Shown here in pieces: positions 36,701 through 50,605 of a DNA stretch of 64,000 nt. The notes beneath the pieces are model-generated. The model had not been told where the DNA came from and searched no databases. It saw nothing but the letters and a program-made list of their open reading frames with translations. This DNA is from Thalia democratica (taxonomy: Eukaryota), in assembly GCA_965202585.1 (NCBI GenBank), contig OZ241830.1, positions 40,920,001-40,984,000 of the forward strand. The letters run 5' to 3'. A program made the position numbers and the translations under genes. Numbering within the stretch: the first letter of the stretch is position 1; every line of letters begins with the position of its first letter.

Positions 36701-39700
36701 ACCTTACATAAGATAGACATTATAGAGTTTTTTAGATTAAAATGATTAAACTGCATTTTAAGATATTAGTTAAGCAAAATTTCTAAACGTTTGTTCAAAA
36801 CAGACTTCATGTTTATGAAAAATCTTAAAAACTCATTAAAATGAATTATTGGTTTAATAGTTCCATTAAAAATACTAATATTATAACTTATTTTAAATAG
36901 CTTTTAAACAGTTTGCAACAGCTTAAAAACAGTTAAACCTTTGGTTTAGTATGAAGCTATGAAGTATATGTATAGTTTATATAAAAAGTGATAAAAAATA
37001 GTTATATCTGTCATTTTTAGCTTCTTATAAGATTAGTTTTGATGTTTCTTATTTAAAAAACTTTAATCACATAAATGATCTTAATCTTATAACTAAAAGT
37101 GTTAATATATTTAGTACACTTGAATAAAAAAAATCAAGACTTTTCTACTAATGATTATTTAGTTCATAAAGTGTATATTACAAAAAGTGTATGACAATCA
37201 TCAGAAGTATCTTACTCAATATTTTATAAAAAAAAATACATAAGCGATTAACTATTGTAAAGCAATTAGTTGCTGAAGTGTATTGTCTGTGATTTGTAGA
37301 CAAAGTAAATCTTTTTTTTAAATTATTTAGGTTATTTGAAATTATGAATAAGGAAAAAATTCCAGGCTACTTTGTATAAAATGAAACATAGAAATAGTTT
37401 TAAATGCAAACCATTAATCTGCTTAAATGAGAAAATTAAGTTTTACAAGCAACAAGAGTTTACTTTCTAGATTTATAAAAAAGCTTTCGATAATTACTTA
37501 AGTGAAATAATTTAACAATTTTTTTCAGATTAATCTAAGGCAAACCAAAAATTTTCACCGACAAAACTATTGAAAATAATTATTCATTATTTTTAGAGCT
37601 TATTTTTTACCATAATGTTGTTGGCAACTAATCAGAAATTGCAAACGAACCTCCATCTCCAGACGACGTTGCGAATTCATCGTCATCGGTCGTTTCAACT
37701 GCTGGTGTCGCACTTTCGGTAGAATAAACATGTTTGTCAACATCAGGAGTTATTGTCATTTGCTGCTCATCAGTAAAAGTGACATCAGGAGTGTTTGTGG
37801 TTGGTTCTTCCGTGTCAGATACATCGGGAATTACATCCAGTTCATCTGAATCCGTAACTTCTTGTGCATTTTCTGGTGTTAACCCAACAGCAGGAACTTT
37901 GACTACAAGAATAAGAATTATAAAAGTATAGTGTTTTAACAAATTATATTAGATAATGTATAAAACGGTTGTGTTTACATTTATAAATACAAAATTTTAT
38001 GACTAATATTAATTAGTATAATTAGTTTAGTAAACATTGCTTGATTAAATCTAATTAGTTTAATTTTTATTTATTGAGTTATTTATGTTTTAAATAATAC
38101 TTTAGTTGTTTTAATTTACCTTTTTTATATAAGTCTTTTTGTAAAATCTGGCAACATATACAAGGATTAAATAGTAATGAGTATACGTCACAGACTAGAA
38201 TATACAAAAGAAAAACAATACCGTGATTTAAAAACATTTATTTTCAAACAAAACTTAACCAACCTTGACCGTTCAAATCTTCAGTAAAATAAGCTTGTAC
38301 TCTAAAATTAGGATTTTCGAAGTTCAATTTAACTTCAGCATATATTTTCTCATCTGTTTTATTTATTTAAGAATGCTTTTAATAATAATATAGAAGTATT
38401 TCAGTTGAACTATTACACGTCTTAATTTTTCAAAAGATAATTATTAAACTTTTCTCATAACTTTAAGGTAAAATTTTCGTTTTGTGTAAACGTAAGTATT
38501 AATTAGAGTAAACTAAATTTAACAAACTAATTTTAATTTAAAGCGAAGAAAAATACTTTTAAAATACTATTTCTCGCTAGTTTTTCAAGTTTTATGCATG
38601 AAATAAAGTTTTATTTGTAATAGTCAGAACACTAAAATTAAAAAAACACAATAAAATTAGAGTGTAGTTTACTTTTTAAACTATTACCTTTATCTAAATT
38701 TTTGTTAACAATGCTGTTGATACTATCAATGTTCTCCATAATCTCGTTTCTGTGTAGATTTAGTTTGTGCTCTATTTTTGGTGGCACATCGTTGTATTTT
38801 CTTTGCACGTTGTAGCGAACTAAAAGTGGATTTGAAAAGCGTTTTCGTAATCGACCTGCAATAAGTATAATTAAAACAATGAAGTTTACAACAGTAAAAA
38901 ATATTCACTAAAAAATACTATTTATTTTTATATTTTATTATTAACGATATTTTAAGGTTTTGGCTCTTTTGCTACCGTTGTTGTTATTTACGTTTTGTTT
39001 TTTTTAGTTTATAAAGTCTTGTTATAACTTTATTATTTAAAAACGTATTTAAATGTATATATTTATTTTTAAGTATAAAATCTAAACAAATGAAAAATAT
39101 TTATAAACTAAACGACCAAATATTTTGACTGTTAACACTAAATATTTAGAAAAAGATTTGAATATAATTGTGACCTGTTTTAATCTATATACCAACTTGC
39201 TTTAAAGTACTTTTAGTAACAATAAATCTTTTACTGGAATATATTTAAACAAAAAAAAGTACTGGTTACAATCTGTTTAATACTAACGGTGTTCTCTTTT
39301 CCTCAATGGTCTGGATTCGTTTGATACTGAAAAAAGTAGTTATAGTTTGAAAGTGTAATTGTGAATAACAGTAAATAAAAAACTTACTTATAATTAGAAA
39401 CAGTGTGATAGCAGCTATGTAAAAGTGTTTAGTCTTCATGTTAAGCTTATATTAATTAAAAATAAAAAGTTTGTTAGTAGTTTTGTTACTCCTGCAAAAA
39501 AAAAAACTTGTTCATTTGTATGATCAAAACAAACTAAACTAGTTTCAATTATTCTAGCTTAAACTATAGATTCAAATACTCTAGCTTGATTTAACAAATA
39601 ACAGATAAGTTTTAAGTTCATTTCTTTGTAGAACAATTTTCGCGTTTAAAACTGAAAGTTATCATGACTTGGTTTAATGTAACCAAACTACAAAGTCATT

Positions 39701-42700
39701 TGTATCAGAAATTGGTTTGGAACGAAATAAAACTAGCCTAATTTTCACTAAAAAAAGTTTAAAGGTTCAATACTTTATAGAAAAACTTTTTAGGTTTAAA
39801 CAAAAAATGTTGAAGTTTAAGTATACAATTTTTTCCTTTTTTATCCTCTCTCGTATAAATTTACCATTGATTTTTCAGCATGCTTTCGTCACATGGTTTG
39901 CTAATTTTAAAAAGTTTAATTATTTATAATTTAACTTGTTAATAATAAAAAAAATTTAAAAGTTTTAAAAATATTTTTGTATATAAATATAAAGTTTAAA
40001 GACAATAAATGAGCGTTATAGTATTTTTACATGTTTCTGTATACTTTAAAACCTTTAATGTAAATAAAGTTTGTTCAATTTAAAATATAAAATATACCTT
40101 CTTAAACGATATACAAACGAACTTTCTGACATAGAAATATCAATATTTAATAGAATTCTAAAGTTATTTAAAGATGTTTTTTATTAGAAATCAATGAACT
40201 TAAAGTTTTCTCTGAATACAAAAAAAAACTTGAGATGAAGTTTTATTTGGTATAACAATCTAAAATAAACAAATTTAAGTTATAATCTATTAAAAACCAT
40301 TTATACATTGTATAGTTTTTTATAAAAGTTAATTCTTGTTATAACCAATCCTTACTAGTTTAAGTAATAGTTTAAAAACAGTAAGATAATTCTAACCTGT
40401 TTAGATAACAAGGCGAATAATCAGATACGTAAACAATTTATTTTTCTTCAGGCAGTAAAAATTTCGTTTTTTAAGGAAAAATATTAAAATAAGACTCTTT
40501 AACTTTAAAGTTATAAATAAAATTTGTATTACTAGATTACGTCAGAGTAAAAATTATCTTTTGTTCAATTAAAAATGTATAACTTCAAGTTTAAAAACTT
40601 TAATTTAAAGTTTAAAATTTGACCAATTCCTAAACACATTAGGAAGATTTAATGAACCTAATCCCGTTTTAATTAAAACATTCAAAAGTCAAAGTGTTTC
40701 AACTTTAAAACGATGTCAAAAATGACGGAGCGATGGTATTTTTAGAAACTTTACCCCTTCTAACACGCGACTTGCTAGTTTAGAAAGAATACATTTGTCA
40801 AATAAATTATATTTAAAAAGTTTGTGCCAAAAAAGGTTACCACAAGTACTACTTAAGGGTTTCGTATTTGCTGCAAGTTTTCCATGCGGCTTTTTTACTA
40901 TCTTTTTCAGTTTAAGAATAATTTTAAATTAATGATCTAAAAATTACAAAATTGTTTTAAGATAAGCTTTTATATTGGTTTTAAAGAGCCTTTAAAAATA
41001 TGTTAATGTATTGAACATGTTTTTTTTAGTTTTTAAGAATTAGTATATGTACTTAGAAGTTCGATGGTGTTATAAATAGATTTTAAAAAGCAACAGTCTT
41101 ACTTATTAACTTAATAAAAAAAAAAACCTTAAATTTTCAATGACAAATGAAGAATTTTTAAGATTAAGTAACTTTAAGCTTTTACGATTTGAAAAGTTGC
41201 TTACTAGGTTTAGAATTTTTACACTCTATAAAACTAACATTATTTCAAACTGATTAGTTATTAGTTTTTTATATAAAAAGTTAGTTGTAACTTTTTATAC
41301 TTATTAGTTTGTTTATGTCTTATAAATAATTCTAAAATATAACTTGGGTTAAATTTGTGTATAATCTGTATTTAGAATGGTAAATTTTTTAAATTAAAAA
41401 AGCACTTTTTTGTTATAAAATTCTCTTTTAATTATTTTAAGTAAAAATTTTTATGCATATTTTCTAAAACACACTTTGGTTTAACTTTAAAGTCAATTAA
41501 TATGTTTCGAAATTAAAAATAGTAACTCTTCCTTAAATTTTTTATAGTTTTTAAATACAACTTTTCGTTTCACCGATATAATCTAGTGTTCAAATTTTTC
41601 TATTGTTTATATTTTAATGTGTTAATTTTAAATATAAAGTTTCAAACATCTTAACAAATTATAGAATAATATACTATTCAAGCAATAAGATGGTTTCTTA
41701 TGGTACGGAAATAGTTTTATTTATTCCGGTACCATCTAGAGAACTATTTTTAAAATATATTTATCCTTAGCATAAACAAAACAAGTTTCAAAGCTCTTGG
41801 AAATAAAAAGTTTTGATCTAAAAATATTTAAGCAAGATTTTAATCATGTGCACATTACTTTAAGTATTTCTCGTATTATAACAAAAATTTTAGAGCTTAT
41901 TATGAGTTTTTAGGCGTGGGTCGGTATGTTTTGTTTACATGATTTCATAAAACGGTAGTCAATAATAACTGCTTCTGTTGTTTGACGTCGATAATTTAAA
42001 TACTACTTTTTATATTTAAATATAGATTTTTTTTTGTTTAACTTAGAATAACTATATAAACTTTAACTAATTAAAGTTAACTTTAGACTAGTAAACAAAA
42101 ATAAAAAGAAGTTTAAATGTATTTACGAACAAATTCACCTCAGCTGTACTATTTTCAACTTTTAATCATTAAGAATATTATTTAATGTTTAGTAATAAAT
42201 GTAGAAGCATTATTTCTAAAAGTTAAAATTTTTACTAGTAAAAAGACATGTAGGAACAAAAAACATTAAAAACAAACTAAGTATAATTATAATTTTAAAG
42301 TACATTTTAAAACTAACTTAGAGAGGTTGATTTTGTACTAAACAGAATTAAATTGCAGCACCAAAAGATTAGTTTTTCAAACTAAAATAAAATAATGGTT
42401 GAATCAACCACAAGTTTGAAGAAAATTTGTATAAATATTTTACTTATTATATACATATATTAATCGCACCAAGTGATACTAAAATTTTAAAATTTTTATA
42501 TACGGAAACTAAATAAGGCCTACTAAGATAAATTTGAAAAAGTGTTTTTAAATTATTTATTTAAACAATACATGATTTTAATACTTTGTATTTTACTGTG
42601 AACATCTAAAGACGTAAAGTTTTTATAAAATATTCCTATATGTGAAGTTATTATAAATAATTAATAAACCATCATAAAGTTTAAACAGTTTAAGTAACAA

Positions 42701-44786
42701 AATTGTGATAGATTTTATCTGCTCTTGTATAGGTTTTTAAAAACCATTTAGCTTTGTTTTTTAAACATATTTTTCTAAACAACATTACATAATGTTAGTC
42801 TAACAAATTCAACGTAATACACTTCAGCTTTTAAGTAAAGTTTTTAAATATTTTGAAGTATACTTAAAGTATAAGTATGTTTAAGAATAAAGCATATTTA
42901 TAAATAAAAATATATCTTCAATGCTTGTCTAAAACATAAGTGTTTAAAACACTTTACTATTATGAAATTATTTTTTGTTTCAACTGTTGAAAATTTTCAA
43001 AAGTGATCAGTAAGAAAAAAAGTCTACTCTGTATCATTTTTAGCTTTTAAATAAAATTGTTTTGATACTTTCAAAGATTAGTTTGTTGTAGTTTCATTTA
43101 AAACTATAACATAATTTTGATAACATCAAATAAACAAACTAAGTTACACATTTAAATTTAGTGTTGACGTACTATTGTTTATAGATTTTGAATAATTTTG
43201 TCATAGAATATTAATAATCAAGTAAATAAGGCTGCTAATAATGTTTTGAAGTAACATATGTATTACTTGACAGCTTTTAAATGCATTCTGAAAATTTTCT
43301 TAGTATATTTTTTGTTTGTTTTAAAACGCTTTAAAACATTTTTATAGTAAAAATTGAAAAATCTAATCGTAACGTTTTAGTTAGTATCTAAGATAAACAT
43401 TTATTTCTTTTTTAAAATTAGATGATTCGATCTATATTATCAAGCACCTTAGTTTTGTTTTTATGCTAAAATATAAAATCTAAAAATGTAGGTTTCATCA
43501 GGAAACAGCTATAAATTTCAGCTAGATTTTTTAAAATTAATTTTACTATTGTTTGTTTTTTATTTCATTTAGTTTTGAACTGAAATATGTAATCAACTTC
43601 TAACGAAATAATTTAAATCTTTTTGTGAATTTACGTCAAAAAGTAGTTTTTGTTAAAACGATAATTTAAATAACTTAACTAACTATCTTTTTTATACCTG
43701 ATAGATATTAAACCTGATAAAATAAGTAGCAAGAACGTTTATAACTAGAGTTTTTGTCGTAAGTACAAGTTTTGTAAACATGAAGTAGCAGTGAATAATT
43801 TAAAATAAATACAGCAAAAAACTATATCTTCTACTTATATATGTTCAAGTATTAAAACTTTTGTAAAGCAAACGCAATTATACCTATAAGCAAGTTAATA
43901 TAAGGACTTTATACATGTATCTGATTCATAGTGTGAATAAAAAGTATTATTTAAGTTTTCTAAGTTAAAAAACGGTTTAGTATAAGTTTACGTTTCAACT
44001 AACTGTTTCAACAAAAGAAATTTAAAAAAAAGTTTTGGTTAAAGAAAAAATTTAAGTTTTGTATCGCTTTTATTGTATCAATAAAACCTTATTCGATAGA
44101 TATTAACATTTTATGAAACTTTAATAACTTCGTTACAATAGTAGTAACAAAACTTAATCTTGACGAATTCATCATAATATAAAAATAACAATTATTTGCG
44201 AAGTACTAGCTTTTATTGAGCAGTTCTTACTTTTATATAAATAATAAATCTTATTTATCAAATTAATAAAAAAACAGAACTGAAATCTTAGTTAGACGAA
44301 TAAAATGCATAACGTATTTTTTCTATAAATAACTATACTTAAAAAAAAATTTTCCTACGAATTTAAACAAGTGAAATATTAGTTGAATTAAATTCAAAGA
44401 AAAACTAAAAAATACAATAGGTAATTATGTATATATGGTTATTATTCACGTTTGAAGTATGTTTTACATATTTTTTCAACAATCAAAACTTTCCTTCATA
44501 GTATGTTGAAAATATTCAATTTTCTTAATCGTTATTGACAAGCGAAACACTTTTAATCCATCACGTGTGCAAGAAAAACATACTCAAGTTTGAAAGTGAA
44601 AAACTTTTTTTATACTGTTTATAAAAACTTTAATTTTGTAATGATACTAAACTTTTAATAGTATAACACAAGTATCAGAGCATATCATTTGAGGAACTTT
44701 CCAAATAAAAAACAAAATTAAATACTTGAAAATGGTTGAATTAAAATCAAATTTTAATTTTTTGACATATTTTCACATATGTAATT

Positions 44787-44829
<43 letters not shown>

Positions 44830-47800
44830 GATAAGGTGATAATTTAAACTTAATCACTTTCTGCAGAGCCCACTTAAAAGGCTTTCAAATAGTTTTGTAG
44901 GAAAATGATATTTAAAAAATTTCAGAACATTTGTTTGATAGAGACAAAAAAAGTCTTTAATTTTATATAAATATATACTAATATACTAATACATACACAA
45001 CATTTTACTACAAATGTTTCACTATTTTGATAAACAATTAGTTCATTAAAATAGTTAGTAGATAAATAAATATATACATACTTATATTGTTACACTATAA
45101 TATACATTAATTAACATTAAATTAATAATTTTTAAATCTTCAAATTATTTTTATACTTTAAGTTCAGAAAAAGTTAAGAGTTTTAATAAAAGTTATTTTT
45201 TAGTACTTACTATGTCTTATGAAGTTTTAAGTTAGTTTAACTAGTTATTACTTTCCGATTACTAAAACGATATCACCCCTTTCGGAAACCCTGGTTTTGA
45301 GAGATGCATTTCAAAGAAAGGTGAAACATTGAAACATAAGTTCAAACATGACTTAGTATAGTTATACAATAACAAGCTTTATACGTTGAACTTTCTACTT
45401 TAACATTTTATCCATGCACTTAAACTTAAAATATTATATATTGTCCTTAAAACATCACATTTAACACACTACTTATATTTGTTGTAAGTTTTTTACAAAA
45501 ATTTAATAGTAATAAAAAAATATACTATTTCTTATTTACGAGGGATATAATTCAACCTACTTCAACTTCAATTAAAACTTTTTGTAAAACTCAAAGTAAT
45601 TTTTTAAACTATCTATCAGTATTTACTACGCTAATAATAAAATAGTCATTTCAGTTTGTAAACACTAAAATCTAAAACTCAACCGCAGTACAATCACAAA
45701 ATGTTTAGTACTATAAATATACATAAAAGTGTAATAGATAAACTTAACAATTATTGTAGCTAAAAAAACGGCAAGTTTGTCTAAAACTAAAGTGTTTTAT
45801 TTACACAATAATAAATATAAAGAACTTTTACCATAATTAAAACATATAAAATTGATTATGGTTAGATTTAATTGCTATATTTACCATTTAATATTGGTAG
45901 CTAAATGTTTTATAAGCTGATTTACAAAATAATGAATGTTTTATTTAAAGTGAATTGTTAATGTATGAAACATGAAGCAAGTTGTTTAAAATAAATTTGA
46001 AAAACTTAAAAGTACTGTTGAACCACTGTACATTTATTTGGTCTCAAACTAAGAGTTTAAGCACATTTAAATAAAAAGTTAATCCACTTTTTCTCATGGT
46101 TTAATTGTAATGATAAACTACAATTGTTAATGACAATTAAATTAAAATAGTTATCATTAGACTCAACATTTAAAACGTCATACTCAAACTTTGTATGTTT
46201 CATTAAATTAAGTTTTTATTTCAACTTACTAATTTTAAAATCTAATAAACTAAAAGCTTAATAAGTTTTAAGCCTTTTATAAAAGTTTAGAAATTTTTAA
46301 CGATAATTCCTAAAACAAAAAAAAATTGTAAGTTTTTTAAGCTGGCATTTTTGAAAAATCATTATTTGTAAGATTTTACAACTCTAACCTTAATTGAAAA
46401 ACATGTGTTTTCAAATAAAAATTAGTACAGCTTAAAAAAACCAGTAAAACTATAAAGTGCTTAAACTGTACTTAAAACTTGTAAAATAATTCTTCTAAAG
46501 CGTAAAAACCACTAAGAAGTGTTATTACAAAACAATGTATACACACAGTTCGTTATTGTTGTGCAATGTTTTATTTAATTTCTGACAAAATAAATCAACG
46601 TTTAAAAGCGTGATAAAAACTAACATGTTGTCTTCATTATTTCTATTAAGTAGTGTGTTAAATGTGATGTTTTAAGGACAATATATAATATTTTAAGTTT
46701 AAGTGCATGGATAAAATGTTAAAGTAGAAAGTTCAACGTATAAAGCTTGTTATTGTATAACTATACTAAGTCATGTTTGAACTTATGTTTCAATGTTTCA
46801 CCTTTCTTTGAAATGCATCTCTCAAAACCAGGGTTTCCGAAAGGGGTGATATCGTTTTAGTAATCGGAAAGTAATAACTAGTTAAAGGGGCGTTTTTCAA
46901 ACAAAAACTACAATCATAGAACTTTCACATTCTAGCTTGCTTTTCAATGTTTAATTCTGATGTAAGATTTGAACGACAATGCCCATTTTGCTCATACAAA
47001 ATATAGAAAAAGATAAGTTTTTATGACAATCTTTACCGAAGACAGCGATATTGTCCCTTTGGAAACGATTTTGGCTGTCAAGGTGTGTTAATTAGTAAGG
47101 TGGCAAAAAAATGAATGGTTGAACAACTCATAAAAGGGGACACTTATTTTCTTTAGAGCATCTAGTAGGGGCCGTTTATATTTAAAATTCTACCAAGGGG
47201 TGTACTTATGACAAAGAGTTTAGAAAACTCTACTTTAAACTTACATAAAGCTTTTTATCCTTAAACTTTTTACTTTTTGTGTTAGCACTTGTATTTATAA
47301 AATTTAACTAAACTTAAACAAAAAGTTTAGTTTAAATGCTTAATTTCGTATAAGATCTTGGTTAAATTGTTTAGACCTAAGAGTTTATTGTCATCTGTTT
47401 AACCATAAATGAAAATTTTTTATATAACAAACAGAACTTTAACTTTATTTTCTTAAATACTTTTTTTACGAGTAAAAGTATTTTAAACTAAATAAAAATT
47501 TTTGTTAAGGTCTTTAGCTATACTTTGTTTTTTTGTATTAAACTGATATAAAATTAAAATAATAAATTATAGTTAAAAAAAATCCAATTAACTTAGTTTT
47601 TAACACTCAAAATAAGACTATTTTTAATTCACTAACTTTAAAGTGAAAATCAAAATTTTTCTTTGAAATAATAATACTTACTACAACAAAACTATTTTTT
47701 TTATAACGAGTAAAGTATACTACTACAACTTTCAAATTGGGAATTTTAGTTAGTTTAATCGTATTAAAAGTAATGTAGCAAATAAGTAAATAAGTATATA

Positions 47801-50605
47801 AAATTTGTACAATTAGATTTTTTAGGCAGTTTTATGGCTACTTTGTTTTTAAAAGAGCTTCTATTTACGTAAATAAGACTAATTAATCGAAATATAAAGT
47901 AAGTAAATTTAAATGAAAAATAAAACATCTTTATTTGTTTGTTTTAAAGTTTAACAAGTCTCTTTTATGAAAATATTGTTTGTAAACAATTTTAGCAATT
48001 TTTAGCAAAACAAGGCTAGAAAAATAAAGAAACAAATAAATTACGAAAGTAGGTGAAAAACAGTCTTGCATAACTTATCGTATTAAAATTGGAATGTTTT
48101 TATAGAAACAATAAATTTTTGTTTTGCTGTATGAACTATGTATTAAAATTTTTTTTTTTTAGAAAATATTTAAAAATCAAAATTGAATAAAAAAAGTTCT
48201 AAAACTATATATGTTATTTAACATAAGTTTCAAAAGGAAAATTTTTGCTGATAAATTAATTCTAAAAAATACAAAGAAGTAAGTTTTATTTATTAACTCG
48301 AAAATAACCGTCAATTCTTTCAGGAGTAATGATTTCAGTTTCGACAAAATGAGTTGACTCTGTTTTGGTTAAAAAAAGGTTTTAGTATCAAAAATTTGTT
48401 ATAACTCATTTTTTACAACGACATACAAAAGCAAAGTGCTAAAAAAACCAAATAGTTCTATTTTTACCAAGTCTAAAAAAGCTAGTTCTAAAATTCTTCT
48501 CATATAAATATATCAAAATAATTTATTCAAAAAACAGTATATACCTAAACTATTACCTAAAGCTTTTAGATAGTTTAAAACTTTAATCATGTTAAACAGT
48601 TAGCCTATTTTTCATATAATAAAGTCTAATAGAATATTTTAAACAATTTTTTTATCTGTTTATACATTTTTACCTGTAATAGTTTAAAACTTATTAGTGT
48701 AATTTTATAATAAAAATTGAAGAACTTTACAAAAAAGTTAAATATACCTTTTTTTGGGAGGTATTCTTCTGTTGAATTGTAGATTTCTATTAAAAAAATG
48801 TTTAAATTAACAAACTCCATATTTCAAGCATATATCTATTTTAAGTTTTAAGTAATAAATTGTATCAAATTAAAGCTGTTTAAAAGCAAGCAAAATGTAA
48901 GTTTATTAATTTTAAAAAACACCTTTTATTTATTTAAATAAAATAAAAAAGATTGTAGTTTAGCTAACAAAAACTATATCTTGAGAAATAAAATTTTTCA
49001 AGCAATTAAGTATTCAAAAACAAAAAATGTCTAATTTTTCAAATTGTTAGTTTTTGCATACCATATATACCACCCAAAATTAAACCTCAAAGGTAATCCA
49101 AGTTTTTTGGTATACATACATATAAGTTAAAACCGTTACTTAACCGTTTATTCAAGTTTAAGCTGGCTTTATTTTTTGATATATAATAAGTATTTTTTTT
49201 TTTTTTCAATAAGATTGTTTTTATAGCAGACATAATTAAACATTTATGAATAGACTATGTGCATAAGCTATCTATTTGCTGAAAAATTTTGTGTGTTATA
49301 TTTAAAAAAAGCTTAAAAAGTTTTATATATATGCTGTTTATTGACCGATAAAACAAAAATGCTCAAAAAGTTTGGTCTAAGGACCTGGTGTACTAAGGAA
49401 CCTTTCGGTTATCGAATCGTACACCACATGCTTATAAAGTTTCTTACGAGCGATTACACTTTTTTTTTATCATTTGAATATTAATATCTTTAGTAATAAG
49501 ATAATCCGTTTAACGAAATGAAAGAAAAGAAAACTAATCAAAAATTAGCTGAATTTTGTGTTTAAAAATGTACTTAAAACTTGTTTAGTAACATAAGAAA
49601 TAAAAAAATGTATATTACTTTAAATTGATCTGAAAATATCATCAAAAATAACTTTAATCATAAATATTAAAAGTTTAATTTAATTTCTAAAAATAATACA
49701 TTGTTGGTGAACTCAGAGGTACTAATACGCAAACTATCGAATAAAATATATTTGAAAGATATAGATTTTAGAATAATTAAACTTATTTATGTATATTTTG
49801 AGTCATCAAAAAAAAAAAATCTTTGAACTTTTTACGTAAAAGTTGTTTCTTCTAATTTTGCAAACTTTAACATAAAAGCTCTTTTGTATTCACTTTTGAC
49901 TTTAAATTCGTGGCTTGTCTTAGACAGTTATCGATTTATGCTTATTTGCAATCAATTAAAAATCATTGCTGTTTCCGTTTAACTGACAATGAGGTGTTAA
50001 TAAAAATGTACCAACAGAGGATGTTTTTACGTCATAGAACGATTAAGTTACCGGCCAGCTACCAAGTAAAAAAAAAATTCTTGGAATACTTATACTTTTT
50101 GCCAGCATTAGTTGCAGTTTTATAAATTACAAATATTTTATTTTTTACCTTCATCACCAGAAGAAGTTATCATGTCGTCGTCATCAGATATTTGTGGAAA
50201 ATTCACTGTTGAGGTTGCTTTTATGAAATCAGAATCATCTTTAATCATATCGACCGTTCCTATGTTCTTATTTGTGGCTTTGGTATAAGGATCTTTAAGA
50301 AATATTTCATTTTAAAGTTATAAAAACTTTGCTAGAAATAAGGCTTTATATTAAAAATACTGAACAGATTACCATTTAAAAAATATGTAAATAGGTTTTC
50401 GAAACTAAACTACTAAAATAACTGATTTTGCGAATACGTAAAATTTAATAAATCCTATAAGTTACATATCTTTAAACACTAACTTTTATCAAAATAGTTG
50501 CTGTAAACTTCGTTAATTTTCCGAGTCTTAATTATATTATTTCGTAACCTAAAACTGCTGATCCTTTTCCCACTATGATTTCTTGAAAATAATTTGTAAG
50601 GTCTT
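27326..50605 (-). CDS. Orphan multi-exon Ser/Thr/Asp-rich, proteoglycan-like protein (5' end not found)
   Basis: Phase-1/phase-1 AG..GT exons, all multiples of 3 and open: 50605-50549, 50292-50149, 48359-48309, [41974-41939, 40897-40841 tentative], 39326-39288, 38855-38724, 38353-38264, 37902-37651, 33224-33183, 29700-29641, 29529-29470, 28937-28881, and terminal 27774-27326 (..ENPLYYY*). Every junction codon is sense. Two acidic SSGD motifs are present. The function is inferred. Confidence 0.7.
30961..31181. mobile_element. MITE-like element
   Basis: TCAAAATCCACC occurs near the left end (repeated internally) and as GGTGGATTTTGA at the right end. The ends are GC-rich and the middle contains an AGGGTTAG-like motif. 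Confidence 0.6.
33581..34044. repeat. Long imperfect palindrome (arms ~33581-33800 and ~33813-34044)
   Basis: The reverse complement of the left arm aligns along the right arm with scattered substitutions and a small indel. A third partial direct copy lies at 33359-33403. Confidence 0.85.
37651..37902 (-). CDS. Acidic Thr-rich exon ending in DDDEFATSSGDG
   Basis: CTTGTAG acceptor, GTTCGT donor, 252 nt, GC-richer than the flanks; it lies within ORF-track 37628..37942. Confidence 0.8.
44791..44826. repeat. (TA)18 microsatellite
   Basis: Uninterrupted TA run read directly. Confidence 0.95.
45236..46886. repeat. Perfect 240-bp inverted repeat (45236-45475 / 46647-46886), 1171-bp spacer
   Basis: Base-by-base comparison of 45236-45475 with the reverse complement of 46647-46886 found no mismatch. 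Confidence 0.95.
49361..49426 (+). repeat. Short dispersed hairpin element, copy 3
   Basis: GCTCAAAAAGTTTGGTCTAAGGACCTGGTGTACTAAGGAACCTTTCGGTTATCGAATCGTACACCA. Confidence 0.8.
50149..50292 (-). CDS. Acidic exon ending in DDDDMITSSGDE
   Basis: TTCTTAAAG acceptor, GTAAAA donor, 144 nt open frame DPYTKATNK...SDDDDMITSSGDE. Confidence 0.75.

Noticed and set aside
37734-37931. 65-aa plus-strand ORF
   Set aside because: Antisense shadow of the 37902-37651 exon.
46887-47235. GC-richer tract ending like a hAT MITE (..AAGGGGTGTACTTATGACAAAGAGTTTAGAAAACTC)
   Set aside because: No matching left TIR or TSD found, so it is not called as an element and is only noted beside the inverted repeat.
49910-50125. 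71-aa plus-strand ORF
   Set aside because: GTG start, no motif and no support; it lies within an intron of the minus-strand gene.
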